From Octopus sinensis (Eukaryota), in the NCBI RefSeq assembly GCF_006345805.1, contig NC_043014.1:36952001-37016000 (forward strand): 64,000 bases of DNA, given 5' to 3'. Shown here piece after piece: positions 37,053-51,400 of this stretch (positions are counted from its first letter, which is position 1; each line of letters starts with the position of its first letter). The translations under genes and the position numbers were made by a program. Under the pieces are notes generated by a model. That model made no database searches. It worked only from the letters and a program-made list of their open reading frames with translations, and was not told the DNA's origin.

Positions 37053-40000
37053 GTATATATACCTTTAACTATCTATTTTCATTGTGTACTTATATACGTT
37101 GCTTGTCTTCATTGCAACTCATACCATATGGACGACGTTTTAGCTTCTGAACGTTTCATATTTTTGTAGCGTATACATTATCATATATTTCCTAATTTCT
37201 TGGTCACATTTATTTAAAATGCTGCCAATTTTTTTTTAACATAATTTAGACGAGTTGAATGTTTTCATGTACGAAGATGTATTTGGAAATACTTGTCACT
37301 TCATTTCTATTGATTTAATGTTAAGAACTCCCTATTCCTTCCCCTATTTTTTTTTAACCAACTAAATATTTATTTAAATACGATCATGTGTGTACGTGAA
37401 TTTTTTTAGTCTGACAGGCATCTATTCTAAGTTAGTGAAATATTTTCATTAAATAAATGCTTTTTAATCGGTCGATTATGTTTAAGACGGTTTTCATTAC
37501 AGATATAGCATTTTCTATGTTAATATTTTGATACGCTCTACATATTAAACAAACACTATCTTGACTATGAAACGAAATTAAAGACATCATCTATGCTAAT
37601 ATTATACTACAGTTCGATTGCTTTGGTAGCGCTTTAACAAATTTTAATACACGACTACATCCTTATTTTGAAATCAAAGAGAAAGGACAATTGTTGCTCG
37701 ATTGAGCTGTGGATTCTAAAAAAAAAAACCCAAAATCCTACGATCTTAAGTTTTCACAATGTATGTGGAATTTCCACAGATACAACTAGTTAAAATTATA
37801 TGTTACGATATCAATTTTTGTAAAGCCCAACACCTGGTTAACAATCCGAATGAACAGGTTATTCCTTTTGACCAAAGAAAGAATTACTACATTATTATTA
37901 TCATTATTATTGTTTCGTTAATTTGAGATTCAAGACAGAAAGTTGGGGTAGCATCAAGCTTTTTCTGTGACTTTTAACGTTTAAATAATTGGTTCTCAAT
38001 TTGGGTGCGTATGACCCCTCAGGATCCATATAAAATTGGTGGGGGGGGGGTCCTCGAAACAAAATAGTAAATTGGGGATTCACAATAGTATTTTATGAGC
38101 CCTTGAAAAAAAAATTCCCATGAGCTGTATATATAGATAGCTGGCAGACACGTTAGCGCGCCGGGCGAAATGCCTAGCGGTATTTCGTCTGCCCTTACGT
38201 TCCGAGGTCGACTTTGCTTTTCATCCTTTCGGGGTCGATAAATAAAGTACCAGTTTCGCACTGGGGTCGATGTGATCGACTTAATCCCCTTGTCTGTCCT
38301 TGTTTGTCCCCTCTATGTTTAGCCCCTTGTGGGCAATAAAGAAATATATATAGATATGTATTGCAGGAAACAGCTAGGTCTCTTTTCTAACGTTTAACAT
38401 AGTTCAACCCATACAAGTTAATGTGTGAAAACAACAAAATAGGAATTTTGAAAAAAGTTTTTTATAAAACTAGTTTTTAAACATCGAATGGCTCTGGGAG
38501 TCCACTATAATAAAATACTAATCAAGGGAGTCTATACACAAAAAATGGTTGAAAACCTCTGGTTTAGATTCCAGTTTAAAGTCTGGTCGATAAGTTTTCA
38601 CTTTCTCTACATATACACTTGTTGCGTTAATATGAAAATTGCTTCACAAGTGGCCAGAAACCAGAGACTGTAATAGACATTCAATTTAGTGTTTATTTGA
38701 ATTAATCAATGTCTAATTCTTTATAATTATTAATTGGGGCTCTTTTATAGAATCCCCGAGCAAATCTACTTTCAAGATGGATGCTGATTTAAGTAAACTA
38801 TTTTGCCATGCAAAATGATAATTGAAGGAGTACTGATACTTTCATTATTGAATATAAATTATAAACAGTTGCTTATCTTTATAGATAAATTATGTCCCTT
38901 ACATCTTCCTATATCACAAGCTGCTTGCGATAGATAAATTGCTTAATGGATCTGGCAGGAACGTTAGCACGCCGGGCGAAATGCTTTGTGGTGTTTCGTC
39001 CGCAGCTGCGTTCTGAGTTCAAATTCCGCCGAGGTCGACTTTGCCTTTCATCCTTTCGGGGTCGATGTAATCAACTTAATCCCTTTGTTTGTCCCCTCTA
39101 TGTTTAGCCCCTTGTGGGCAATAAAGAAACAGATCAGAAGAGAAATGTGTCCGCATGGATGATGGGGCACTTGCTTTTAATGTTGGTGAAAAGAAAGAGG
39201 CTTGGAGAAGCCATTATGAAAGACTGCTGAATGTGGAGAATGAATGGGAGGAGGAGAGCCTGCCAAATGTTGACCCAGTAGAGGGACCAGCTATCCAAAT
39301 AGACAGCTCCCTTGTAGTTAAGGCAATTAAGGGTATGAAACCAGGTAAAGCCCCCGGCCCATCAGGTATCACTGCTGAGATGCTTAAAACAGCTGGTTAT
39401 GTGGGCTATGGCCTAGTCACCCGCATTGTAAACCAGGTAGTTCATAATGGAGTCATACCCAATGACTGGCGTAGCAGCACCATAGTCAACTGCTACAAGG
39501 GTAAGGGTGATGCTCTAGATAGAAATAACTACAGGGGTATTAAACTGTTGGATCAGGTGATGAAGGTCATAGAGAGGGTCATAACCCATCTCATTAGGGA
39601 GAGAATTTGCTTAGATGAGATGCAGTTCGGTTTTGTGCCGGGTAGAAGCACCACTGATGCCATATTCCTGGTCTGAGAACTGCAGGAGAAGTACCTAGCT
39701 AAAGATAAACCCCTCTACATAGCTTTTGTGGACTTGGAGAAAGCCTTTGACAGGGTTCCCCGATCCCTTATCTGGTGGTCAATGCGGAAACTGGAGATTG
39801 ACGAATGGCTAATAAGGGCTGTACAGGTTCTATACAGAGAGGCTGTCAGCAAGGTTAGGATTGGCAATGAATATAGTGAAGAATTCCAGGTAGAAGTAGG
39901 TGTACACCAAGGCTCAGCCCTCAGTCCCCTTTTATTCATCATAGTCCTCCAGGCAATAACAGAGGAATTCAAAACAGGCTGCCCCTGGGAGCTCCTCTAT

Positions 40001-43000
40001 GCTGATGACCTGGCTCTCATAGCAGAATCACTACCGGAACTAGAAAAGAAATTTCGGGTGTGGAAACAAGGGTTAGAATCAAAGGGCCTTAGAGTAAATG
40101 TAGCGAAGACCAAAGTTATAGTAAGCAGAAAGGCGAACTCAGCACACACCCCATCGGGCAGGTGGCCCTGCTCGATCTGTAGGAAAGGTGTAGGTAGAAA
40201 CTCCATAAGATGCACCCACTGTAAGCTATGGACGCATAAGAGGTGCTGCAACATCAACGGGAAAGTAACTGATAAGATAGCTTTCATGTGTGGCAGATGC
40301 ACAGGGACAATAGACACCACAGATACTCAGAAAACAGATTCCATCACACTCCAGGGGGAGAAACTAGAAGTAGTTGATAGTTTCCACTACCTAGGTGACC
40401 AAGATAGTAGTGGAGGTGGATGCTCAGAGAGTGTCACCACTAGAATACAAATAGCCTGGGCAAAGTTTAGAAAGCTCCTACCCCTACTGGCAACAAAGGG
40501 TCTCTCACTCAGAGTGAAAGGTAGATTGTATGATGCATGTGTGCGAACTGCCATGCTTCACGGCAGTGAAACATGGGCCGTGACTGCAGAGGACATGTGT
40601 AGACTGAAAGAAATGAAGCTAGCATGATCCACTGGATGTGTAATGTCAGTGTGAATGCACGACAGAGTGTAAGCACCCTGAGAGAAATGCTGGACATAAG
40701 AAGCATCAGATGTGGTGTGCAAGAGCGACGCTTGCGATGGTATGGTCATGTACTGCGGATGGATGAGGAGAGATGTGTGAAGAAGTGCCGCTCCCAAACA
40801 GTTGAAGGAATCAGGGGGAGAGGTAGACCCAGGAAGACATGGGATGAGGTAGTCAAGCATGGCCTCAGAGCGTTGGGCCTCACTGCGGCAATGGCAAAGG
40901 ACCGAGATCTCTGGAGATATGCTGTGACTACAAAGACCCGAGATGCTTCCGGCTCCAGTTCCGCATAGCCCCTTCCCATTCAAAGTACCTTGGATCCCGG
41001 AACGTCTCGCTGTACTTGAGGAGACCTGTTGAGTCAAGTGCATGTACACGAACATCGAAACAAATATCAATGGAAATAGTAGTTGTGTCGGTGGCACATA
41101 AAAAGCACCATCCAAAAGAGACCGATAGAATAAATACTGAGCTTACAAAAGAATAAGTCCCGGGGGTCGAGTTGCTTGACTAAAGGCGGTGCTCCAGCAT
41201 GGCCGCAGTCAAATGACTGAAACAAGTAAAAGAGTAATGGTTAGAATGCCTTCAATCATATTATGCACAATGAAGCTGGATCTGTGGCTACACAACTTCC
41301 AAATGATCCCATGTTGACAAAATTAGTTGTTGTTTAGCCCCCACTTCAGTCCTGATTTAGCAAGCACCTTCATCAAGCACATTCTAGATACTTCTTCCTC
41401 GCCACTACAACTACTTTTATCCTCCCCCTTTCTCTCTCTCTCTCTCTCTACTTTTATCAAATCAGCCAACCATTTATAGGCTCCATTATTCACTCCTGAC
41501 AATAAATTGTGCTGAATGCAGATTAACAAACATACAGTGCTGATGTACCTATGCCAGGCTTAGTTGCAATCTATGTGTATGTATGTATGTATGTATATCT
41601 AATCTTGCAAACTACAACAGATTTGCTGGAATTACAATAATAAAGTAGGTCAATTAGTATTCTCTTTTACTCTTTTACTTGTTTCAGTCATTTGACTGCG
41701 GCCATGCTGGAGCACCACCTTCAATCGAGCAACTCGACCCCGGGACTTATTCTTTTGTAAGCCCAGTACTTATTCTATCGGTCTCTTTTGCCGAACCGCT
41801 AAGTGACGGGGACATAAACACACCAGCATCGGTTGTCAAGCGATGCTAGGGGGACACACACATATACATATATACGACGGGCTTCTTTCAGTTTCCATCT
41901 ACCAAATCCACTCACAAGGCTTTGGTTGGCCCGAGGCTATAGTAGAAGACATTTGCCTAAGGTGCCACGCAGTGGGACTGAACCCGGAACCATGTGGTTG
42001 GTAAGCAAGCTACTTACCACACAGCCACTATAGTATGTCTATAGTATTTACATTTTCAGAATTTTATGCTTTATTTATTTTTAGATGGCGAATCAGATCA
42101 TGCTGAGAACACCTATTATACTAAAGATGAATACTGGAATCAAATAAGTATGCTATTTTGTATTGTTGTTTTTAAGACTGACATTGTCTTATTTTGTGAG
42201 TATTGGTTGTTGTGGTTTTCTACTGTTGAAGGCATTGCATAGTGATTGACCTATTGGAGATTCTGGCTCTTTCAGTAAAATGTGTAACAAGATGGGAGTT
42301 CAGGAACACTGGAGGGGTGTCCAATCTGATCCTGTCACATACAATTTAAGTTGAATAAACGGAGACAAAGTCGGGTGGTCTTCGACAACATTAAGTGGTG
42401 GTTTATTCTCGGTTACAGGTAAGAACTAGTGCACGTGTATCTCTAGTAGGAAGCCGGCAGCTGAATCTGCAGGACTGGTTGCGATGCTTTCTTGTTGCGA
42501 GTTAAGACAATTCATCGGTTCGCTGGGTTGAGGTTCTCTGTGTGTGTATATGTATGTATGTATTTGTGTATGTATGTGTATATATATATATATGAACTTG
42601 AGAGTCATAGATAACAAATTGTTTATAAAATGGGATGGTCACAGCTAGAACTTCTCTTGACCATAGGTCAATGGTCAGGACTAAATAACAACATGAGTAA
42701 AAATGAATAATTTATTAATTAAACTTTTTTTTTTCCTAAAAAAATTTTTTCTTTTTAAATTCCATTATCAAAAAATATTGTTATAATACTCTCACTATAC
42801 TTAAAAATTTGCAGTAAATTCTTTGAATCAGAACATTGGTGAAATGAAATCAGTTTAAAGAATACCAGTACAAACCGTTAGTATACTCATTTCTCTAATA
42901 ATTGGGTGTTTTTTCTCTTTCAGGAAATATTAGCTTATCACTTTCCCATGATGTGACTCTTATCTCTATGGCATTTTCTAAGACACCCTATCCAACACCA

Positions 43001-45353
43001 GAAGTAAGTCACTTTTTATCTATCTTCTCTTCCTGTTATAACAGCATGACAGTTATATTCCAGTATTTAAAACTAACTTATGTTATCAGTGTGAAAATTG
43101 AAAAATTAATTGCTTTTAATTTGGAAGCTTGCAGCTCATTGACATAAACATGGCAATTGCCATCCTTTTTTGTGGACCATATTTTCACATTTGTGCTACC
43201 ATGTAGAGAAATAACATGTATTAGTCCTTTTGTTGCCAGTGTGAAGATAGACAGATTTATTGCTTTTAATTTGGAAGCATTAATTAAGGCAGCAAGCTGG
43301 CAGAGTCGTTAGCACGCCAGATGAAATGCTTAGTGGTATTTCATCTGCCACTTTGTTCGGAGTTCAAATTCCACCGAGGTCAACTTGGCCATTCATCTTT
43401 TCGGGGTCGATAAATTAAGTACCAGTTATGCACTGGGATCGATAAATTGACTTAATCCATTTGTTTGTCCTCTCTGTGTTTAGCCCCTTGTGGGTAGTAA
43501 AGAAATAGGTATTTCATCTGCTGCTTTGTTCTGAGTTTAAATTCCACCGAGGGCGACTTTGCCTTTCATCCTTTCGAGGTTGATTAAATAAGTGCCAGTT
43601 ATGCACTGGGGTCGATGTAATCGACTTAATCCCTTTGTCTGTCCTTGTTTGTTCACTCTGTTTAGCCTCTTATGGGTAATAAAGAAATAAATTTGGAAGC
43701 ATGCAGTTCATTGACATAAACATGGCAATTGCCATCCTTTATAGTATGTTCAACTTTAGTGAACCATATCATCACATTTGTGTTAGGAGTACTCCATCGG
43801 TTACGACGATGAGGGTCCCAGCTGATGCAATCAACGGAACAGCTTGCTCGGAAGCCAGTCGAGGCGACACTGGCTTCGGCCACGATCCGGATGGTGCTTT
43901 TTACGTGCCACCGACACGGAAGCCAGTCGAGGCGGCGCTGGCATCGGCCACGATTCGGATAGTGCTTTTTACGTATCTCCATTCCAGGGGTCCTGGCATC
44001 TGCCGGGTGCCAGTCATAGGATTCGTTCAATTTCAATTCCGATTTCGATTTCACTTGCCCCAACAGATCTCCCAGATTTAACTATCTATTTCAATGAATT
44101 CAGGCAAATTTTTTAAAAGCTGACGGAATTTTATGTCTATCACTTAATTATGATACCAAAATAAATAGATTTATACATCTTATATCAGAACTTTATTGAA
44201 AATTTTGTCTGTATCCCTGCAAATTTCAAATCTATCCTAAGTTTTGCAAAACACATTTTGAAGCATTCCCAGAGTTATCTCCTGCACCACTAACTGAATG
44301 CATTCATTTAAAGTCCAACTATTGCTCCATTCTGGTGATGAAGGTAGAGAAGATGATGCCGCCAAATTGAAAAAAAAAGGCTGTCATAGACAGATAAGCA
44401 GGATTCAACAGGAAGGCAAATAAAATTATCAAAAAAAAGTTATAAAGTTATAGGTGCAGGAGTGGCTGTGTGGTAAGTAGCTTGCTAACCAACCACATGG
44501 TTCCAGGTTCAGTCCCACTGCGTGGCACCTTGGGCAAGTGTCTTCTGCTATAGCCTCGGGCCGACCAAAGCCTTGTGAGTGGATTTGGTAGACGGAAACT
44601 GAAAGAAGCCCGTCGTATATATGTATATATATATATGCGTGTTTGTGTGTCTCTGATTGTCTCCCTAGCATTGCTTGACAACCGATGCTGGTGTGTTTAT
44701 GTCCCCGTTTCTTAGCGGTTCGGCAAAAGAGACCGATAGAATAGGTACTGGGCTTACAAAAGAATAAGTCCCGGGGTCGAGTTGCTCGATTTAAGGCGGT
44801 GCTCCAGCATGGCCGCAGTCAAATGACTGAAACAAGTAAAAGAGTAAAGAGTAAACATTTATACACTTTTAACACACATTAAACATGATAAACATAAATA
44901 AAAGTGAGTTCTTGAAAAAATTGTTCAATTTCAGTGAAATAGATAGTTAATTCCGGGACACCCTACATACATGCATGCGTGCATACATACATGTCATCAT
45001 CATCATCATTTAACATGTTTTCCATGCTGGAATGAGTTAGTTTGACTGGAGATGGTAGGCTGGAGAGCTGCACTAGGCTCCAGTCCATTTCGGCTTGGTT
45101 TCTATGGCTGGATGCCTTTCCTAATGCCAACCACTCTACAGTGTGTACTCGGTGTCTTTTTACATGTCTCCAGCACAGGTGCATTTTACGTGTCACCTGC
45201 ACAGGTGTCTTTCACGCATCACTTACACTGGTCACAACCGTGACTTCACTTAGTTTGACATGTCTTCTGAAGTACTTGCTATCGCCTCTGTGAGACTCAA
45301 CATCCAAAGATCACATTTCACCACCACATGTGTATGTATGTATATATACATAC

Positions 45354-45402
<49 letters not shown>

Positions 45403-48400
45403 GTATGTGAGTGTGTCCAGTTTAATATATGTTTCTTTATTACCCACAAGGGGACAAACAAGGACAGACAAACGGAGTAAGTCGATTACATCGACCCCAG
45501 TGTGTAACTGGTACTTAATTTATCGACCCCGAAAGGATGAAAGGCAAAGTCAACCTTGGTGGAATTTGAATTCAGAACGTAATGGCTGACAAAATGCGGC
45601 TACGCATTTTGCCCGGTATGCTAGCATGGGTTGGACGATTTTGACTGATTGCTGGCGAACCAGATGGCTGCACCAGGCTCCAATCTTGATCTGGCAGATT
45701 TTCAACAGCTGGATGCCCTTCCTAATGCCAACCACTCCGAGAGTGTAGTGGGTGCTTTTTACTTGCCACTGGCACGGGGCCAGTCAGGCGGTACTGGCAA
45801 CAACCTTACTTGAATCTTTTTACACATGCCACCATATCTGTTGTAGCAATCATCTTGCTGTCTACCAATTTATTTATTTAAATATTTATCTATTTTCTCA
45901 TTAAATTTTCTTTAAATTATTATATAATACCACTTAGTGTCCAATTTCTTTTCCTTTCCACTCATTGAATAACAGTTTAAATATATTATCCTTATTGTTA
46001 TATATAGAATCAACTTCAACTTTTACTATTTCTTTTAGGCTGTAACAAAAATGTTAAGTAAATTAGAGATGACAGCACTAACGCTTGTATCCAGTTTCTA
46101 TATGCTCCCAAAAACACAAGGTATTAATACTATTTTTCTATTTGAAGTCGTATTGTTTTACTTTTTATAAAAATGTAATAGATTTCCTGAGACAAAACCT
46201 GTCACATTACTAAGAATGTTTATCATAGATCCAAAGTAATTGTTAGAAAAACATCTATAATTTATGTAATATTGTATGTATATATATATATATATATATG
46301 CATTTCATTATCTGATAATTTATTGCATTTGGGTACCTTCATCATATAGTTATGTTTATAGCAATAATAAATACTTACACATACAGTTACTTATAAACAT
46401 CATAAAGCTATGAATTTCTCAAACAAGTCAACAGCTTTTAATTATGTACTTTTATCTTCTGAATTCAAATCTACTAAGGTCTTTTTTTTTAAAACAATTA
46501 CCAGTCAACTATGAAGGTCAAACTAGTACACTCTGTCCTGAAATGTGTAGATTTGTGTTTGTTAGAATTTATTACTATAACTTGACTCAAGATTTTTTTA
46601 AAAATCTGTTAATGAGGATAACTTGGGATTTGTAATGCTGGCGTGAAGATGTATTTTCCATATGTTGATGACTCCCAGACACTCTATTGAAGAATTCTGT
46701 TGTTAATGTGACCTCTTAGCAGATGCAAATATCTTTTGAGTTTGAGATACCTTTTGAGACCTTCAGCCTCCTTTAACCAATTTTCCCTAATGTATTATGT
46801 GATCACTCTACCTGCTATCTTCCTGAAATCACGTCTTATCCTCTTTGGATAATGTAGTCCTAGAAAAAGTATGCTTGAAAAGAAAAGTTTGGTTGATCAC
46901 AACTGGAATGCCTTTGAGCATAGATCTACTCAGACTTCTGTAACTGTAGGCTGATGCTAAACTCTTAATCTAAAATGACCAAACACTTTTCTTACAGGAA
47001 ATGTTTCCTTTAAGAAAATGCTGTATTTGGCTTATGTGAAATTTTGGTCATTCATGAACCATATTTTGATTGAGTCCTATTCCTGTAACAAAGTTAACTT
47101 GTGAAAAAAGAATGGTTAATCATATGATACAGTAGTAATATTTTGAGAACTGGAACTTACTTTTGTAGTTAGTAATTTTGTTGCTCCAGAGATTGGAAAG
47201 TAACATTTTTAAAGGTTGGATCTATCTGAACTTGATACTGAAAGGAAATGTGGCTTTTCAGTTATCCTCAGCACACAATTACAAAATAAACAGTGAATCA
47301 GAAATTGCCATATTTCGTGGCATAAAAGATTGCATGTCTGTATTAGATGCTCCCCAATTTCAGAAGTGCATATTGAAGAAAAAAAGTGTTTTAGTGCATC
47401 AAAGCTGAAGGGAAGCCCAACTTCTTGTATAGGATCCGGGTCTCTTTGTTTTTTGTTTTTTTTATGGATGTTTTGGGGGGAAATGTCTTATATCCCATCA
47501 AATACAATTATCTACAAACCATTTCTTTAAAGTCTTCTTCATAAAGATTTGAAATAATTAGTTACTCAATATCAATATCAATGAAACTTTTTTTTTCTTT
47601 CCAAAAACATTTTATTGTTTTTATTTTCATTTTCCAAAATAAAGGTTTGTTGCTGAGGGATTCTTTTAAAAAGTCCACAATTGAGCTAATCGAAAAGGTT
47701 AACACATTTATCAAATCCATCCAGACAGGTAGTGCCAGGTAAGTAAACAAGTCAACAGTAGCTGCATTAAATATTACATATTTTAGGAACATCATCATCA
47801 GCTTCCTTTATGCTAACATGGGTCAGACAAAACTTATTGGAGCAGTTTTCCTACAAAGGCCCTTTCTTTCACAGTCCCTCACTTTTCTCCAAGTAAGGCA
47901 CTATTTCTTCTGATCTTCTTAATTACAAACCACTCAACAACTATATGTGCTTTTGCAGCAGATATAGCCACAGGCATGGCTGTGTGGCTAAGCTTGCTTC
48001 CCAACCATGTGGTCTTAGGTTCAGTCCCACTGTGCAGCACCTTGAGCAATTGTCTTCTACTATAGCCCCAGGATGACCAAAGTTTTGTGAGTGAATTTGG
48101 TAGGCGGAAACTAAAAGAATCCCATTGTGTGTCTGTGCATGTATGTGTGTGTGTGTGCGTGCATGCATATGTATATGCACATATGTGCATGTTTGTGTAT
48201 GTATCATTGCCTGCACATTAACTACATGACTATAAACATGCATCATACAAGCGATGTTCATCTCCAGTCTTACATGGAAAACTTATCTGCCATAGAAAAT
48301 CTGCCTCTTTCATCTGCCCATGTTGTTAGATTGTGAGTTCAGAAGCTGGAGGTCTTTGATTGCTTCTGTATTCATCTTCTTCTCCAACTGCGTAACTCAG

Positions 48401-51400
48401 ACTGCATTTTGAACTGACAACTTTATGCTCACTGCGGTCTCTCACCTCTTGAGGGAACTCTTCTGATGAGGAGACTATGGTGGTTTGGTCATGCGTTGCA
48501 GCATCCCCATGACAAGCTTGTCCAGAAGGTAATAGCACTAGATCCTCCCTCCAGGTTAGTGTAAGTAGAGAGGTGACCAGCTGAAGACATGGCTCATGGC
48601 AGTTAAAGCAGATATGGAGATCGTTTCTGGCCCTCAAGTTTTTGGTGTTCGTCATTGATACTGGGAATGGCTTCAACATGCTGCAGAATCAGCTGCCAGC
48701 AGACATGTATAGACCATTTTGACCCATGATACAGTGAACTTGATAGGAGCTGGCTTAACCCCTCTTGGGTGAATGCCGTTACAAGGCAAGAACTGCCTGT
48801 GCAAGCATGGAAAAATGAGCATTAGATGCCAGCCTCGTCTGGCCCCCGTGCCGGTAGCATGTAAAAAGCACCATCTGATCGTGGTTGTTTGCCAGCCTCG
48901 TCTGGCACCTGTGCAGGTGGCACGTAAAAGGCACCCACTACACTCACGGAGTGGTTGGCGTTAGGAAGGGCATCCAGCTGTAGAAACACTGCCAGATCAG
49001 ACTGGGCCTGGCGCAGCCTTCTGGCTTCCCAGACCCCAGTTGAACTGTCCAACCCATGCTAGCATGGAAAACGGACGTCAAGCAATGATGATGATGATGA
49101 TGTAAACCCAAACATCATTTTATGTTGTGACATAATTTTTAATTGTTATTTTTTTTTTTCTATTTGTGAAGCTTTCTCTGAATAGAACATATTCCAAGCT
49201 TTTTTGTGTGTTCAGAAACTTATATTCTTGTCTACTGTAAAAGGAAATAAAAGGTTTCCATTTTCTTTCTCCCCAGTTCCCCAGAGATGCTGTACAAAAC
49301 AGGAATAGTGTGGGAGCATTCTGACTTTTTCAGTTCTCAGCCAAAAGGTAAATATCTAATAAGGCTTGGATTGCAGCAGTTGACTCTACATAACAAGTCA
49401 CAGTGGTTGATAAAAGGAACCAGTTTGGTACCTTTTTTATCAATTGTTAACCCTCTCCATTTATCTTTTTTTTTTTTTGTAATTTATAAATATATTTATA
49501 TATTAATATATACTACTAGCAGTATAGCCCGGTGATGCTCAGGTTTGTTTTTTTGTTGCGCCTAAAACGGAACACTTTGCTGTCGTGTTAACAAAGTTTT
49601 GACATAGTTTCAATCTTTTTTGAAAAGTAAAAAGTTTGCATTATGTAGCTTGTTATTCTCTTTAAGTGAACATTTTTCTGGTTGAAATACAGTGAAAAAT
49701 GGTGACACAGCAGTCAAAAAATCATAAAAAAGTAGGGATTTTCATAGAAAAAAGCATCTGTTTGATGTAAATAATTTTTGGTCTTAACATGGTCGAATTT
49801 GAATTTTTTCTTCTACGGAATGAAGAGCAAGCCTTCTTCTATCATACTCTCAATTTTGGTCAACTTGCGCCACAGGGTCTCGGAAGAGATAGTGTTAGTT
49901 GAAGGCTACCAAACCTGCTGCACACACACACACACACACACACACATTCAGCTTTATATGTATAGATTATGAATACATAAATGTTTACAAGTATTATTAT
50001 TAATGTGAAGGCACGTAGCTTAGTGGTTTGGGTATTTGGTTCACAATTATATGATCATGAGTTCAATTCTCAGCTGTACATTATGTCATTGAACAAGACA
50101 CTTTATTTCACATTACTCTACTCCACTCAGCTGGCAAACTTGAGTGGTGCCAGTATTTCAAATGACTAGCCTTGTCACTTTCTGTGTCACGCTGAGTCTC
50201 CCTAAGAACTACATTAAGGGTGTGCATATCTGTGGAGTGCTTAGCCACTTGCACATTAATTTCACAAGCTGGCTGTTCCTTTGTGATCAACTGAAACACC
50301 TGTCATTGTAATCAATAGAGTGCCAGTTTTACTTAAAGTGGCGAGCTGGCTGAGTCAGCACACTGGATGCAATGTGACATTTCATCCGTCTTTACATTCT
50401 GAGTTCAAATCCCACAGAAGTCAACTTTGCCTTTCATGTCTTTCAGGGTTGATAAAATGGATACCTGGATTGATGTGATCAGCTTACCTCCTTCCCCAAA
50501 CTTGCTAATAATAATCCAAACAAATGCAAGTTATAAAAATAATACAGGTCAATGGTTTTACCTGGTACTTCAGTATTTCAGGGTTAAGACTCCTTTTTCA
50601 GGAAATCATTGGAAAAGAGGTATTCTAAATTAAGTTACTTTATATAAAAATAAGACATTACTCTTATGCCCAACACCAGGTACAAAATCCCAGTAGCATC
50701 TAGTAATTCACTTTGATCAGTTATGTACGAAAAGAGAAGTTAAGGAGCTCAATACTGTGTACTTGGTACTCATTAAAATTCTTTTGTTTCCTTACCTCGT
50801 AAACTGATCTGTTACAATATTAGGGGACATAACATAATTTCCTATCAACTTCCTTTAAATCAAAACCATTTCGATGGCTGGCATCCGTGCTAGCAGGGTG
50901 CAAAGAGCACCATACGAGTGTGATCATTGACAGAGAGGCTATTCGAGTATGATCGTTACCAACATCGCCTTACTGGCACTTATGCCTGTGCTATTAGGGT
51001 GCCAAGAACACCATCCGAGTGTGATCGTTGCCAAAGCAGCCAGCTGGCTTCCGTACCCGTGGCACGTAAAAGGGCACCATTTGAGCGTAATCGTTACCAA
51101 TGTCGCTTCACTGGCACGTGTAAAAGATTCAAGCGAGGTCATTGCCAGTACCGCCTGACTAGCCCCCATGCAAGTGGCACGTAAAAAGCACCCACTACAC
51201 TCTCGGAGTGGTTGGCGTTAGGAAGGGCATCCAGCTGCAGAAACTCTGCTAGATCAAGACTGGAGCCTGGTGCAGCCATCTGGTTGCTAGCCCTCAGTCA
51301 AAACCGTATATATATACACACACACATATATAAATTGTATATATTCTGCCAAAAATGATTTACTTTGAAAATTTCTGTACTCAGAACCAGATTTTTGTTT

